From positions 1 through 49,243 of the forward strand of contig CAZDZB010000002.1 in NCBI GenBank assembly GCA_964509795.1: DNA of 49,243 nt. The letters run 5' to 3'. The stretch is from an uncultured Christensenellaceae bacterium (GTDB lineage: Bacteria > Bacillota > Clostridia > Christensenellales > UMGS416). Under the pieces are notes generated by a model that ran no database searches, was not told where the DNA came from, and saw nothing but the letters and a program-made list of their open reading frames with translations. A program made the position numbers and the translations under genes. Below are positions 8,662-17,769 of this stretch, piece after piece (the first letter of the stretch is position 1; the number at the start of each line of letters is the position of its first letter).

Positions 8662-9783
8662 TCAGACCTCCATAAAGAATGTATCCGGATTTCCAGTGTC
8701 AAAGCATTCGTTGGCCCACATTAATGTAACCATATCGCTGCTACCTAAATTCTCTATATTATGGGTATATCCTACGGGTATATCCACCACCTGCAATTTA
8801 TCGCCGCTTACATAGTATTCAATCACTTCTGCACTGTCTATCTTTCTGAATCTTATTACTCCTGTTCCGCTGACTACAAGGAATTTTTCATTTTTAGTGT
8901 GATGCCAGTGGTTGCCCTTGGTTATGCCCGGCTTGGAAATATTAACAGAGAACTGGCCCCTGTCAGTTGTTCTTGCAAATTCTGTAAATGAACCTCTGTC
9001 GTCAGAATGTGTGTTCAAATCATAGCTGAATTTATCTTTTGGCAGATAACTTAAATAAGTGCTGTATAATTTTTTCGTGAACTCATCTGACATATCAGGA
9101 AGAGTAAGGTCTTCTCTGCTTTTCTTAAATGAATGTATCAAGTCAACGATTTCTCCTAAAGTTATTGTATGCACTACTGGCACCTCGCAGACATCCCCTG
9201 CCCTGTTTTCCTGTCCCTCTAAAGCATTTATTAGCTCATTTACAACATCATCAATATATACAAGGTTCATCACAACGCTGCCATCGTTGACTGTGATAGG
9301 CAATCCGTTAGCGATATTATTGCAGAAAGTTGCTACAGCGCTGTTATAATTCGGCCTGCTCCATTTGCCAAAAACGTTGGGAAACCGGTAAATTAAAATC
9401 TTAGCATCTGTTTTTCTGCCGTATTCAATCATCAGGTCTTCGCCCGCTTTTTTGCTTTTGCCATATGGATTGTCAAGCTCTGCCTGAATGGACGATGAAA
9501 TCATAATCGGACAGTTGTTATTATTTTGCTCAAGAATATCAAGTAACTCCGAAGTGAAACCAAAATTGCCTTCCATAAATTCAGACTGTTCTTTTGGCCT
9601 GTTGACTCCAGCTAGGTGGAAAACAAATTCAGCGCTTTTACAGTATTCATTCAGCAGGCGTTTGTCAGTGTCAATATCATATTCAAATATTTCGTCAAAC
9701 TTACGGTTTTTAAGCTCAGCAATGAGGTTTTTCCCGATAAACCCCTTAGCGCCTGTAACTAAAATCTTCATTTCTGTCTCCAT
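8662..9783 (-). CDS. fnlB: CapF/FnlB/WbjC-type bifunctional reductase/epimerase (SDR N-domain plus C-terminal cupin)
   Basis: 373 aa. N-terminal Rossmann motif ILVTGAKGFIGKNL. C-terminal cupin motif GNHWHHTKNEKF...GYTHNIEN, as in S. aureus CapF. The alternative start MKILV at 9771 would remove the 16-nt overlap with fnlA. Confidence 0.75.
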   Translation of the reverse strand: METEMKILVTGAKGFIGKNLIAELKNRKFDEIFEYDIDTDKRLLNEYCKSAEFVFHLAGVNRPKEQSEFMEGNFGFTSELLDILEQNNNNCPIMISSSIQAELDNPYGKSKKAGEDLMIEYGRKTDAKILIYRFPNVFGKWSRPNYNSAVATFCNNIANGLPITVNDGSVVMNLVYIDDVVNELINALEGQENRAGDVCEVPVVHTITLGEIVDLIHSFKKSREDLTLPDMSDEFTKKLYSTYLSYLPKDKFSYDLNTHSDDRGSFTEFARTTDRGQFSVNISKPGITKGNHWHHTKNEKFLVVSGTGVIRFRKIDSAEVIEYYVSGDKLQVVDIPVGYTHNIENLGSSDMVTLMWANECFDTGNPDTFFMEV

Positions 9784-10790
9784 AATGCAATTTCGTCTTT
9801 TACGTAATCAATTTCCAGCAGTTTTTCTTTTATCTGTTCCACGTTAAGCCTTGCTGTGTTGTCTGAATTATATTCTTCCTGAGAAGAAAGCTTCACATCG
9901 CCTTCCACAAAGTATTTTTCATAGTTTAAGTCTCTTTTGTCAGCAGGTACTCTGAAGAAACCGCCTAAATCCTCCGCTACTGCAAACTCTTCTTTTGTCA
10001 GCAGTGTTTCATATTTTTTCTCCCCATGCCTTGTGCCTATAATTTTTATTTCATTGTCCGCCTCAAAGAGTTCTTTCAATGCCTGTGCCAAATCCGCAAT
10101 TGTGGAAGCGGGAGATTTCTGTACCATAATATCCCCTGCTTTTGCGTTTTTGAAAGCGAAAACAACCAATTTTACTGCCTCGTTCAAGTTCATTAAAAAT
10201 CTTGTCATTTCAGGGTCTGTTACTGTCAAAGGCCTGCCGCTTTTTATCTGCTCAATAAATAATGGTATTACCGAGCCTCGTGACGCCATAACGTTGCCGT
10301 AGCGTGTTCCGCAAATTAATGTGTCGTTTGAGTCAACCGTTTTTGATTTTGCCACAAAAACTTTTTCCATCATCGCCTTTGATATTCCCATAGCATTTAT
10401 TGGGTATGCGGCCTTATCGGTTGATAAACATATGACTTTTTTAACGCCCATTTGTATTGCTGTATTCAGCATGTTATCCGTGCCTAGCACGTTTGTTTTA
10501 ACGGCTTCCATCGGGAAAAACTCACATGAAGGCACTTGCTTTAATGCCGCTGCGTGAAAAACATAGTCTACGTTATGCATTGCATCTTTCAGGCTTTCTA
10601 CATTTCTGACATCTCCGATATAGAATTTTATTTTATCATTTTGATAAAATTTTCTCATATCATCCTGTTTTTTCTCATCTCTGGAAAAAACCCTTATTTC
10701 TTTAATGTCAGTATCAAGGAACTTTTTTAAAACCGCATTTCCGAATGAACCGGTTCCTCCTGTAATAAGCAGCGTCTTATTTTTAAACAT
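9768..10790 (-). CDS. fnlA: UDP-GlcNAc 4,6-dehydratase/5-epimerase, FnlA/CapE/WbjB type
   Basis: 340 aa. LITGGTGSFGNAVLKKFL. Short CapD-like polysaccharide biosynthesis protein. First enzyme of the UDP-L-FucNAc route. Confidence 0.82.
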   Translation of the reverse strand: MFKNKTLLITGGTGSFGNAVLKKFLDTDIKEIRVFSRDEKKQDDMRKFYQNDKIKFYIGDVRNVESLKDAMHNVDYVFHAAALKQVPSCEFFPMEAVKTNVLGTDNMLNTAIQMGVKKVICLSTDKAAYPINAMGISKAMMEKVFVAKSKTVDSNDTLICGTRYGNVMASRGSVIPLFIEQIKSGRPLTVTDPEMTRFLMNLNEAVKLVVFAFKNAKAGDIMVQKSPASTIADLAQALKELFEADNEIKIIGTRHGEKKYETLLTKEEFAVAEDLGGFFRVPADKRDLNYEKYFVEGDVKLSSQEEYNSDNTARLNVEQIKEKLLEIDYVKDEIALWRQK

Positions 10791-10793
10791 GTC

Positions 10794-12020
10794 TTAATCC
10801 CTCCGAGTATTGTCAAAATTTTCATCTATTCTGTCAAGAATTCTGGTCTTGTCAAAATTTTCATTGTAATATTTTAAAGCGTTCTTGCCCATTTCATATA
10901 TTTGCGTTTTATTTTTCTGCACAAAGCTTATTATGTTTTCTGCCAGCCGCTTTTCATCGCCTGGAGGACTGCATAGACCGCAGCCTGATGTTTCGACGAT
11001 GTTTTTTGTCTCCCCTGCAGCGGAAGCTATTACTGCAGCTGCGCAGGCCATATAGGACTGCAGCTTTGCCGGTATAGTCATTTCAAAGATAGCACTGTCA
11101 CTTAAGCTTAGGAATGCCGCGTCGCATGAAGCCATTAACTGCGGTATTTTTTCGGCGGGCTGCCTGGGAATGAAATTGAAAAGGCTGTCAACTTTATAAG
11201 AACTGACAATTTTAATAAATTCATCTTTATAGCGGCCGTCACCTACAATATTATACCTTATTTTGCCTGTTGTATACTTATTTTTAACTATTTCAGCTGC
11301 TTTCGGCAAAACATCAAGGCCTTGTGCCTGGCCGATATTTCCCGCAAAAATAATATTAAACGATTCATCATCAGGTATTAAAGCTGTGTTTTTTTTATCG
11401 GACGGCTTGTAAAAATCCTCCGCGTATTGCGGCAGGTATTCCACTTTTTCTTCCGGCACGCCTCTGGAAATTATGGACTTTACAAAGCTTTCAGATGTTG
11501 CGAAAATTATTGAAGAGTTTTTGTAAATATACCCTACCATTTTTTCAATAGGCCCGATAACCAGCCTGCTTTTTATTCCAGTGATAATTTCCACATTTTC
11601 CGGCCATAAATCCTGTACATATAAATAAAAAGGAATTTTGTGTTTTTTTGCGTACCACACCGCAGGCAGTGCCTGAGTCATGGGTGATGTTTCAAAATTG
11701 AATACTAAATCGGCCTTTACTTTTGAAAAAGCTTTCCAGAAAAAGCCAGAAATCACAAAAGAGAAATAATTAAGCGTAAGCATAACAACATTATTGCCTC
11801 TCGGTATTAAAGGTATGCGGATTACTTCCGCCCCGTTATAAACAGATTTTCGTTGCTTTCTGAGGCTATATCCTTTATGGTACTTTCCTTCCGGATAATT
11901 GGGTATGCCAGTAACAACAGTTACTTTGTAGCCTCTTTTAACCCATTCAGTGCAAATATCATTGATTCTGAATTGTTCCGGATAGAAATATTGGGAAATA
12001 ATCAGGATGTGTTTCTTCAA
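10794..12020 (-). CDS. Family-4 glycosyltransferase, WbuB-like (candidate L-FucNAc transferase)
   Basis: 408 aa. N-terminus ILIISQYFYPEQFRINDICTEWVKRGYKVTVVTGIPNYPEGK is typical of WbuB-like GT4 enzymes that accompany fnlABC. TTG start at 12020. Confidence 0.7.
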   Translation of the reverse strand: MKKHILIISQYFYPEQFRINDICTEWVKRGYKVTVVTGIPNYPEGKYHKGYSLRKQRKSVYNGAEVIRIPLIPRGNNVVMLTLNYFSFVISGFFWKAFSKVKADLVFNFETSPMTQALPAVWYAKKHKIPFYLYVQDLWPENVEIITGIKSRLVIGPIEKMVGYIYKNSSIIFATSESFVKSIISRGVPEEKVEYLPQYAEDFYKPSDKKNTALIPDDESFNIIFAGNIGQAQGLDVLPKAAEIVKNKYTTGKIRYNIVGDGRYKDEFIKIVSSYKVDSLFNFIPRQPAEKIPQLMASCDAAFLSLSDSAIFEMTIPAKLQSYMACAAAVIASAAGETKNIVETSGCGLCSPPGDEKRLAENIISFVQKNKTQIYEMGKNALKYYNENFDKTRILDRIDENFDNTRRD

Positions 12021-12090
12021 TTTAATTACGCTCTTTTTTTATAATTAATCGCAAGACACATAACATCTCACTTAGCATCTTCCAAAAAGA

Positions 12091-12119
12091 ATTTTAAACT
12101 ATTTGAATAATTTAGTCAA
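12091..12119 (-). promoter_or_regulatory. Putative promoter of the GT4-fnlABC operon
   Basis: On the minus strand: -35 TTGACT (12119-12114), 17-nt spacer, -10 TAAAAT (12096-12091). Confidence 0.5.
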
Positions 12120-12194
12120 GGCAGCGCAAATGGATAAAGAATTGTTTTTCGCGTTGCTGAAACCGCTCACTTTAATCTTTTTTATTCAAAAAGA

Positions 12195-12221
12195 GCTGTC
12201 CCATCATTACACTGGGACAGC
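12195..12221 (-). terminator. Rho-independent terminator of degV
   Basis: 9-bp GC-rich stem GCTGTCCCA / TGGGACAGC. On the minus strand it is followed by CTTTTTGAATAAAAAAG. Confidence 0.8.
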
Positions 12222-12250
12222 CCCTTGAATTCGCAAACTTTTATTTATGC

Positions 12251-13120
12251 CTACCTTTTGCTGCCTATGAAAAATAACGCAATTGTGCCGGGGCCGGAAT
12301 GAGAACCGATTACCGGTCCGATAAAGCTATATTTAATTTCTTTAACGTTCGGGAACGCTTCTTTTATCATATCACCCAGCTGCTTTGCTTCATCAATACA
12401 GTCGCCGTGGCTTATAAATACCGTTTGGTCCGTGTCAGTGTTTGCGCTTTCTTCCATTAGCCTTACTAACTCTTTAAGAGCCTTCGCCCTGCCTCTTTGC
12501 TTGTTAAGCAATACCAGTCTGCCTTCGTCATCAACGTGTAAAACCGGCTTTATCTTAAGCGCAGTGCCAAGTACAGCAGAAACATTTGATGCTCTGCCCC
12601 CTCTTGCCAGATGGTTAAGGTCGTCAACTGTGAACAAATGGCATACAGATGCCTGTAAATCCTTTGCATATTCAGTGAGTTCAGCGAAATCCACTTTTTC
12701 TTTCATTTTATCAACAACATAGTTGACAAACAATCCTTCTCCAAAGGAGGCGCATTTCGAGTCAACAATTTCCAGGTTCGCCTCCGGATATTTGACTAGA
12801 AGCTCTTCTTTTGCCGTTACAGCACATTGATATGAGCCTGAAAGCGCACTGGAGAAGCATAAATATAAAATATCATTGCCTGCTTTAAGCTCCTTTGAAA
12901 AAACATCTATATACCTTTGTGTATTTATTAGAGCTGTTTTAGGCATTGAACCTTTTCTGACCCTATTATAAAATTCAACAATCGGCATTGATTTGCCGAA
13001 GTCATCAGAATAATCTTCTCCATCAATTGTAAATGTTAAAGGAATAATGCTAACTCCAAGCTCATTAACCATTTCCAAGGGCATATCGCTGCAGCTGTCA
13101 GAATAAATTTTAATTGACAT
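12251..13120 (-). CDS. DegV family fatty-acid-binding protein
   Basis: MSIKIYSDSCSDMP...IIPLTFTIDGEDY, DegV family over the full length. ATG at 13120 is preceded by GGAG. The track start at 13132 is a TTG inside the RBS. Confidence 0.85.
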   Translation of the reverse strand: MSIKIYSDSCSDMPLEMVNELGVSIIPLTFTIDGEDYSDDFGKSMPIVEFYNRVRKGSMPKTALINTQRYIDVFSKELKAGNDILYLCFSSALSGSYQCAVTAKEELLVKYPEANLEIVDSKCASFGEGLFVNYVVDKMKEKVDFAELTEYAKDLQASVCHLFTVDDLNHLARGGRASNVSAVLGTALKIKPVLHVDDEGRLVLLNKQRGRAKALKELVRLMEESANTDTDQTVFISHGDCIDEAKQLGDMIKEAFPNVKEIKYSFIGPVIGSHSGPGTIALFFIGSKR

Positions 13121-13330
13121 AATTAACTCCAATCCTTTTCTTTTTTAAATTATATCATAAAACTAATGAGCTTGTCTGTAAATTTAAAGAAAACAAATAA
13201 TATATTTGTGTCTGAATTCGAGCCTAAAGCAACCTGATTCACCTTAAGGTTTTAAATAATTTACTTTTAAAAAATACTTATTTAGTATATACTATTATGA
13301 GAATATGAGTAATGCTGGAGGTTTTATTAG

Positions 13331-16234
13331 ATGAATGGTAATAATAACCGCCGTGATATAAGCAGCAATGGCGGAAGAGATACCGGAAATTCAAAAGATA
13401 GCTTTTTTAAGCGATTAAAAAATGATTTTATAAACGGCTTACAGGTCATTAAATCCAGCAAAAAGCAAAGAGGTCAGTTGGAAAATCAGGATAATCTCCG
13501 CAGTTCTAATGAGATTGAAAAAAATCGTTATTCTAACACATCGTATCTTACTATATTCAAAAAGAGAACTAAAGAACATTCTTTTTTGGTGTCTTCATTA
13601 TTAACCTCAATTTTTGTTTTTGTCCTTGCTTTAATTTTTCTTGGTATATCAGCTATTGGTGCCGTATTTGGCGTAGCAAACGCCTACGTTGACACAACAC
13701 CTGTGCTTGACCTTGCTAAAATTGAAAACCTTTCAGAATCATCTTTTATTTATGACAGCAGCGGTGAGTATATTACTACATTTTCAGGATTGGAAAACAG
13801 AATATACGTGCCTATCGATGAAATACCCGCAGTAATACAGCAGGCATTTGTCGCTACCGAAGATGCCAGGTTTTACACTCATAATGGAGTTGACCCCAAA
13901 CGAATAATAGGCGCATTCTTTAACAATTTAAGAACTGACACCACCCAAGGCGGCTCCACAATTACTCAGCAATTAATCAAGCTGCGCCTTTTAAGCTATG
14001 AGCAGACCTATAAAAGAAAGCTTCAGGAAGCTTATCTGGCATTGCAGCTTGAGCAGTTGTATACCAAAGATCAAATCCTAGAAGCATATTTAAATACAAT
14101 TGATTTGGGTGACGGGAATTATGGCATAAAAGCAGCTGCACTTGATTATTTCGGAAAAGAGCTAAGTGAGCTTACTCTGCGCGAATCAGCCATACTGGCA
14201 GCCATCGCAAACAGCCCCTATCTTTATAACCCAAGGTCAAACTATTACAAATGGGATACACCCCAGCGCATAATTGACAGGACAAATCTGGTTTTATACA
14301 GGATGTATGAGGCAGGATACATAACGAAGACAGAATATGACGCTGCTTTAGCAGAGGATGATAACATCGTCGAAGAAAGTGAAACCCAGCAGATGTATGA
14401 TATGCCTTACTTCCTTGAGTATGCCATCGTAGATGTTGTAGGCAGCATCATTGAAGCAAGGGGAATGGTTGACAGCAAAACAAACCGTACACTTGTCGAA
14501 AATGAATTAAGGACAAAAGGTTATCATATATATACTACCGTTGACAGAGAAATGCAGCTTACTGTTCAGTCTTCATTATATAATTGGGATGATTACCCCA
14601 GCACTATGTATAAATCCAGCTCTACTATGCTTGTATCCAACAGCGATGGGACTACAGAAGAGATAATTCAGCCTCAGTCAGCGGCAGCAGTTTATGACTT
14701 TACCACCGGCCAGCTCATGGCAATCGTAGGCGGCCGGCAGGAACCCACTGTAATGAAAGGGCTTAACAGGGCATATCAGTCGCACATGCCAGTTGGCAGC
14801 TCAATCAAACCAATAGCGGTTTACGGGCCTGCTTTGAATAACGGGATTTCCCCTGCTTCAGTTGTCTTGGACCTACCCCTGCCTGTTGAAGGTTGGCTCT
14901 CCGAAAAAGGATATCCCAGCAACTATTCAGGTACTTTTTCAGGTCCTATCACAGTAAGGACCGCACTAAGGCGTTCTGTAAACATGGCCGCAGTAAGGCT
15001 GCTTGTGGATGAAGTAGGCATTGAAGAATCATACAACACTTTGATTAATCTGGGCATTGACCCTGACTATATCAACAAAGACGGAGCAGGACTTGCTTTG
15101 GGAACATCAGGAATCACTGTCATAGACATGTCTGTGGCTTTCGGAGCCATTGCCAACAACGGCGTATATATTGAACCAATATCCTTTACTCAGGTACTTG
15201 ACACAGACGGCAATGTTATAATAGACGCTACACAAAATCAAGAACAAAGAACTGTTTTCACCCCTGCCGCGGACTGGCTTTTGGTTGACATGCTAAAAGA
15301 TGCTGTAAAGTCGGGAACCGGAACAAGAGCAAACATCAGCGGGATGACTGTTGCAGGAAAAACCGGCACAAACAGCGATTATAGGGGCGTATTCTTCGCC
15401 GGAATGACTCCGTATTATTCAGCCGCCGTTTGGGTCGGGCATGACGGATACGAACCTTTGGAAAGAACTGCCCAAGGCGGCGCTGACGCTGCCCCTTTAT
15501 GGCAGGATTTTATGAGCCAAATTCACGAGGATCAAGATTTAGCCAACAAAGATATCTTGGATACAACACCTTCCGAATTAGGATTAACAAAAGTTAAAGT
15601 ATGCGCGGTTTCAGGGCTTTTGGCAACTGACGCCTGCAGCCTGGATTCATCCGGCAGAACACCTGTAACTGATTATTTTCAAAGCGGCACTGTGCCAACG
15701 GAGTACTGTGACCAGCATTACCTGGTACAGGTATGCACAGAGACAAATCTGCTGGCCACTCCCTACTGCCCAAGCGTTGTTCCCCAGGCTCTTCTTGTAA
15801 TACCTGAGGATTCCACTATAAACTTACTGGATGATATAAAATTCAGCACATATTTTACCAATGCTGTCAGAAACGTTGAAGATATTGCGGCAATGCTGAA
15901 TCCTGAAAACTATGAGGACGAAAAGTATTCATCCTACTACTGCAATATTCATACGCTGGAATGGTATGAAAACGAAAACAAAATAAAAGATGCGGCCCTG
16001 GTGGCAGAATCGCTAATTACTGAGGTTAATTCATTGATAGAATTATATGCCATAAACCTTACAGAAGACCAGCTGGCGCAGTTAAATGACTCAATTGCTT
16101 CCCTTACGGCAGAAAAAAACGCAATGGATGATTACACCGCGATATTAGACGGAATACAAAGCCTGACAGTATTAAAGCAGGCTTACTTGGATGTTTACGT
16201 AACTCCCGATGAAGGCACAACAACTGGTGAATAA
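13331..16234 (+). CDS. Class A penicillin-binding protein (PBP1A type: glycosyltransferase plus transpeptidase) with a long C-terminal extension
   Basis: 967 aa. N-terminal cytoplasmic tail and TM helix. GT51 motifs EDARFYTHNGVD and GGSTITQQL. Transpeptidase motifs SSIKP (SxxK), SNY (SxN), KTGT. GGAGG RBS. Confidence 0.9.
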   Translation: MNGNNNRRDISSNGGRDTGNSKDSFFKRLKNDFINGLQVIKSSKKQRGQLENQDNLRSSNEIEKNRYSNTSYLTIFKKRTKEHSFLVSSLLTSIFVFVLALIFLGISAIGAVFGVANAYVDTTPVLDLAKIENLSESSFIYDSSGEYITTFSGLENRIYVPIDEIPAVIQQAFVATEDARFYTHNGVDPKRIIGAFFNNLRTDTTQGGSTITQQLIKLRLLSYEQTYKRKLQEAYLALQLEQLYTKDQILEAYLNTIDLGDGNYGIKAAALDYFGKELSELTLRESAILAAIANSPYLYNPRSNYYKWDTPQRIIDRTNLVLYRMYEAGYITKTEYDAALAEDDNIVEESETQQMYDMPYFLEYAIVDVVGSIIEARGMVDSKTNRTLVENELRTKGYHIYTTVDREMQLTVQSSLYNWDDYPSTMYKSSSTMLVSNSDGTTEEIIQPQSAAAVYDFTTGQLMAIVGGRQEPTVMKGLNRAYQSHMPVGSSIKPIAVYGPALNNGISPASVVLDLPLPVEGWLSEKGYPSNYSGTFSGPITVRTALRRSVNMAAVRLLVDEVGIEESYNTLINLGIDPDYINKDGAGLALGTSGITVIDMSVAFGAIANNGVYIEPISFTQVLDTDGNVIIDATQNQEQRTVFTPAADWLLVDMLKDAVKSGTGTRANISGMTVAGKTGTNSDYRGVFFAGMTPYYSAAVWVGHDGYEPLERTAQGGADAAPLWQDFMSQIHEDQDLANKDILDTTPSELGLTKVKVCAVSGLLATDACSLDSSGRTPVTDYFQSGTVPTEYCDQHYLVQVCTETNLLATPYCPSVVPQALLVIPEDSTINLLDDIKFSTYFTNAVRNVEDIAAMLNPENYEDEKYSSYYCNIHTLEWYENENKIKDAALVAESLITEVNSLIELYAINLTEDQLAQLNDSIASLTAEKNAMDDYTAILDGIQSLTVLKQAYLDVYVTPDEGTTTGE

Positions 16235-16270
16235 TCTTTAACCATAGAAATATAATTGAGCATAAAAAAA

Positions 16271-16299
16271 AGAGCCTGTTCACTTTGCACACAGGCTCT
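16271..16299. terminator. Bidirectional terminator between the convergent PBP1A and lipoprotein genes
   Basis: Stem AGAGCCTGT / ACAGGCTCT, flanked by AAAAAAAA and TTTT. Confidence 0.8.
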
Positions 16300-16308
16300 T
16301 TTAGTAAA

Positions 16309-17427
16309 TTACGGCCTTAACGAAATGTAATGCCCTAATACAGCAGGGCCGTCTTCACCTTTAATTATTGTAATGTATTCATCAAAAGTGCCGTCTTCAT
16401 AATAAGTGACCACATTGAAACTATATACAAAAACAGTTCTGTCAGTTAAGTCCAAATCTGTGTATTCCCAGCTTGTTATCTCATAATCCAGTAAATCGCC
16501 GAAATCAATTAGCAGTATATCCAGGACGGACTGCTTCCATTCATCAGCTGACATGTTTGAATACGTAAAGAAATCATCATTATACATGTCTAAAATTGCA
16601 CTTGCGTCTTTTGTTTCCAGATTATCTAAATATTCATTAATAATTTTATATGGTATTTCGGGGTAGAATTCCACATAGTTGAAGTTAACCTCATCGCCTT
16701 CTTTTGAAATTTCGGCGGTCACTGTGAAATTATCATCTTCAAATTCAACCAAGGCATCAACCTGAGCAAGATAATAAATGGCATCGCTCCAGTCAAGCTC
16801 TTCATAAAAATATGTAAAGTCCTCTATTTCAGTTCCGCTGTATTGCCCCGCAGTTTCACCGGCATATTCATGTTGAGCTAAAACTGCTGTTTCGTCAAAG
16901 AGGCTTTCTAGTACATAAGGAATATATAATTCTTTTATATGCCCCATGTTTGTATAATCATCAAAATAATCTGCCAGCATTTGAGCTGCAACGCCTTTTT
17001 CTGCCTCACCGAAATTGATGAATACTATCTCCATTTCTTTGCCTGAATAAAAGAATTCAAACTCTTCAATTACAGCATCTGCTGCATTTTCATAGTAAAC
17101 TTCCACTTCAAACACAACACTGACTTCGCTAAACGTACCTTCTGAATCAAAAGATAATACATTTGTTTCTTCGGCCTCTCCTAAAATATACCTGCGGCTG
17201 TAAAGGACCTTTTCAGCAGTGTCCTTGTCGTCCATGTAGTCAATCATGTCTTCACTAAGCAAGTCAACACAGTCTTTTATATCTTCATCGTTATACAGGC
17301 TAAAGTATTCCTGAAGCATTTCTTCTGCCTGGCTTTTGGCTTGCAGGGCAGCGCAGCCGGAAAGCGAAGCCGCTAACACCAGAACTATTAGCGCCAAATA
17401 CAAAAACTTTATTCTTTTCATAATCAT
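16309..17427 (-). CDS. Acidic lipoprotein of unknown function with three internal repeats
   Basis: 372 aa. Signal peptide with lipobox LSGC. Very Asp/Glu/Tyr/Phe-rich. No motif I recognise. Confidence 0.6.
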   Translation of the reverse strand: MIMKRIKFLYLALIVLVLAASLSGCAALQAKSQAEEMLQEYFSLYNDEDIKDCVDLLSEDMIDYMDDKDTAEKVLYSRRYILGEAEETNVLSFDSEGTFSEVSVVFEVEVYYENAADAVIEEFEFFYSGKEMEIVFINFGEAEKGVAAQMLADYFDDYTNMGHIKELYIPYVLESLFDETAVLAQHEYAGETAGQYSGTEIEDFTYFYEELDWSDAIYYLAQVDALVEFEDDNFTVTAEISKEGDEVNFNYVEFYPEIPYKIINEYLDNLETKDASAILDMYNDDFFTYSNMSADEWKQSVLDILLIDFGDLLDYEITSWEYTDLDLTDRTVFVYSFNVVTYYEDGTFDEYITIIKGEDGPAVLGHYISLRP

Positions 17428-17504
17428 CCTCCGTCTTTCGGGTAATTTTTTATTTATCTAATAATAACATGTATCTTAAAAATAATAAACAAAGCAATTT
17501 TTAA

Positions 17505-17533
17505 TTGCAGTAATTTTTAAAAAATAGTATAAT
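17505..17533 (+). promoter_or_regulatory. Putative sigma-A promoter of the thrB leader
   Basis: -35 TTGCAG (17505-17510), 17-nt spacer, -10 TATAAT (17528-17533). Confidence 0.55.
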
Positions 17534-17539
17534 ATCACA

Positions 17540-17766
17540 TAATCTTTGCAGGTCTGTGATTGAAAGTCGATGCTAGTCGCGGGCAAAACGATCCACATAA
17601 GCTGGGAAAAATTCCAGTGAGCATGGCGCGGTTTAGAAGTAAGTCCAACCTTATTTTAATAAGAGAGATGCGGAGTGACGGGAATGCACCCGAGGCAATT
17701 CATCCAGTTGGCGGGTGTGGGGGCAAAAATCAGGTCAGCTGCAAAGATTATTTTAAGGAGTGATTT
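17540..17766 (+). promoter_or_regulatory. Structured 5' leader of thrB (riboswitch-like, class not assignable)
   Basis: About 225 nt lie between the promoter and the start codon. Long irregular hairpin at 17573-17636. Three-way junction at 17649-17758, whose closing helix pairs CCUUA/UAAGG and AAUAA/UUAUU and so covers part of the AAGGAG SD. See findings. Confidence 0.45.
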
Positions 17767-17769
17767 ATT

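Noticed and set aside
17560-17763. 67-aa ORF (TTG start) lying in the thrB leader.
   Set aside because: It has no RBS and an arbitrary composition. It spans the helices of the predicted leader structure and ends at the TGA embedded next to the thrB SD. It is better explained as non-coding leader RNA.
17534-17766. Classifying the thrB leader as a T-box or as a canonical SAM-I (S-box) riboswitch.
   Set aside because: There is no T-box sequence (…GGUGGUACCGCG…) and no terminator/antiterminator pair. The S-box-like blocks are only partial, and GAGGGA, GGCCC and GGUGC(C/U)AA are missing. I therefore leave the class open rather than name one.
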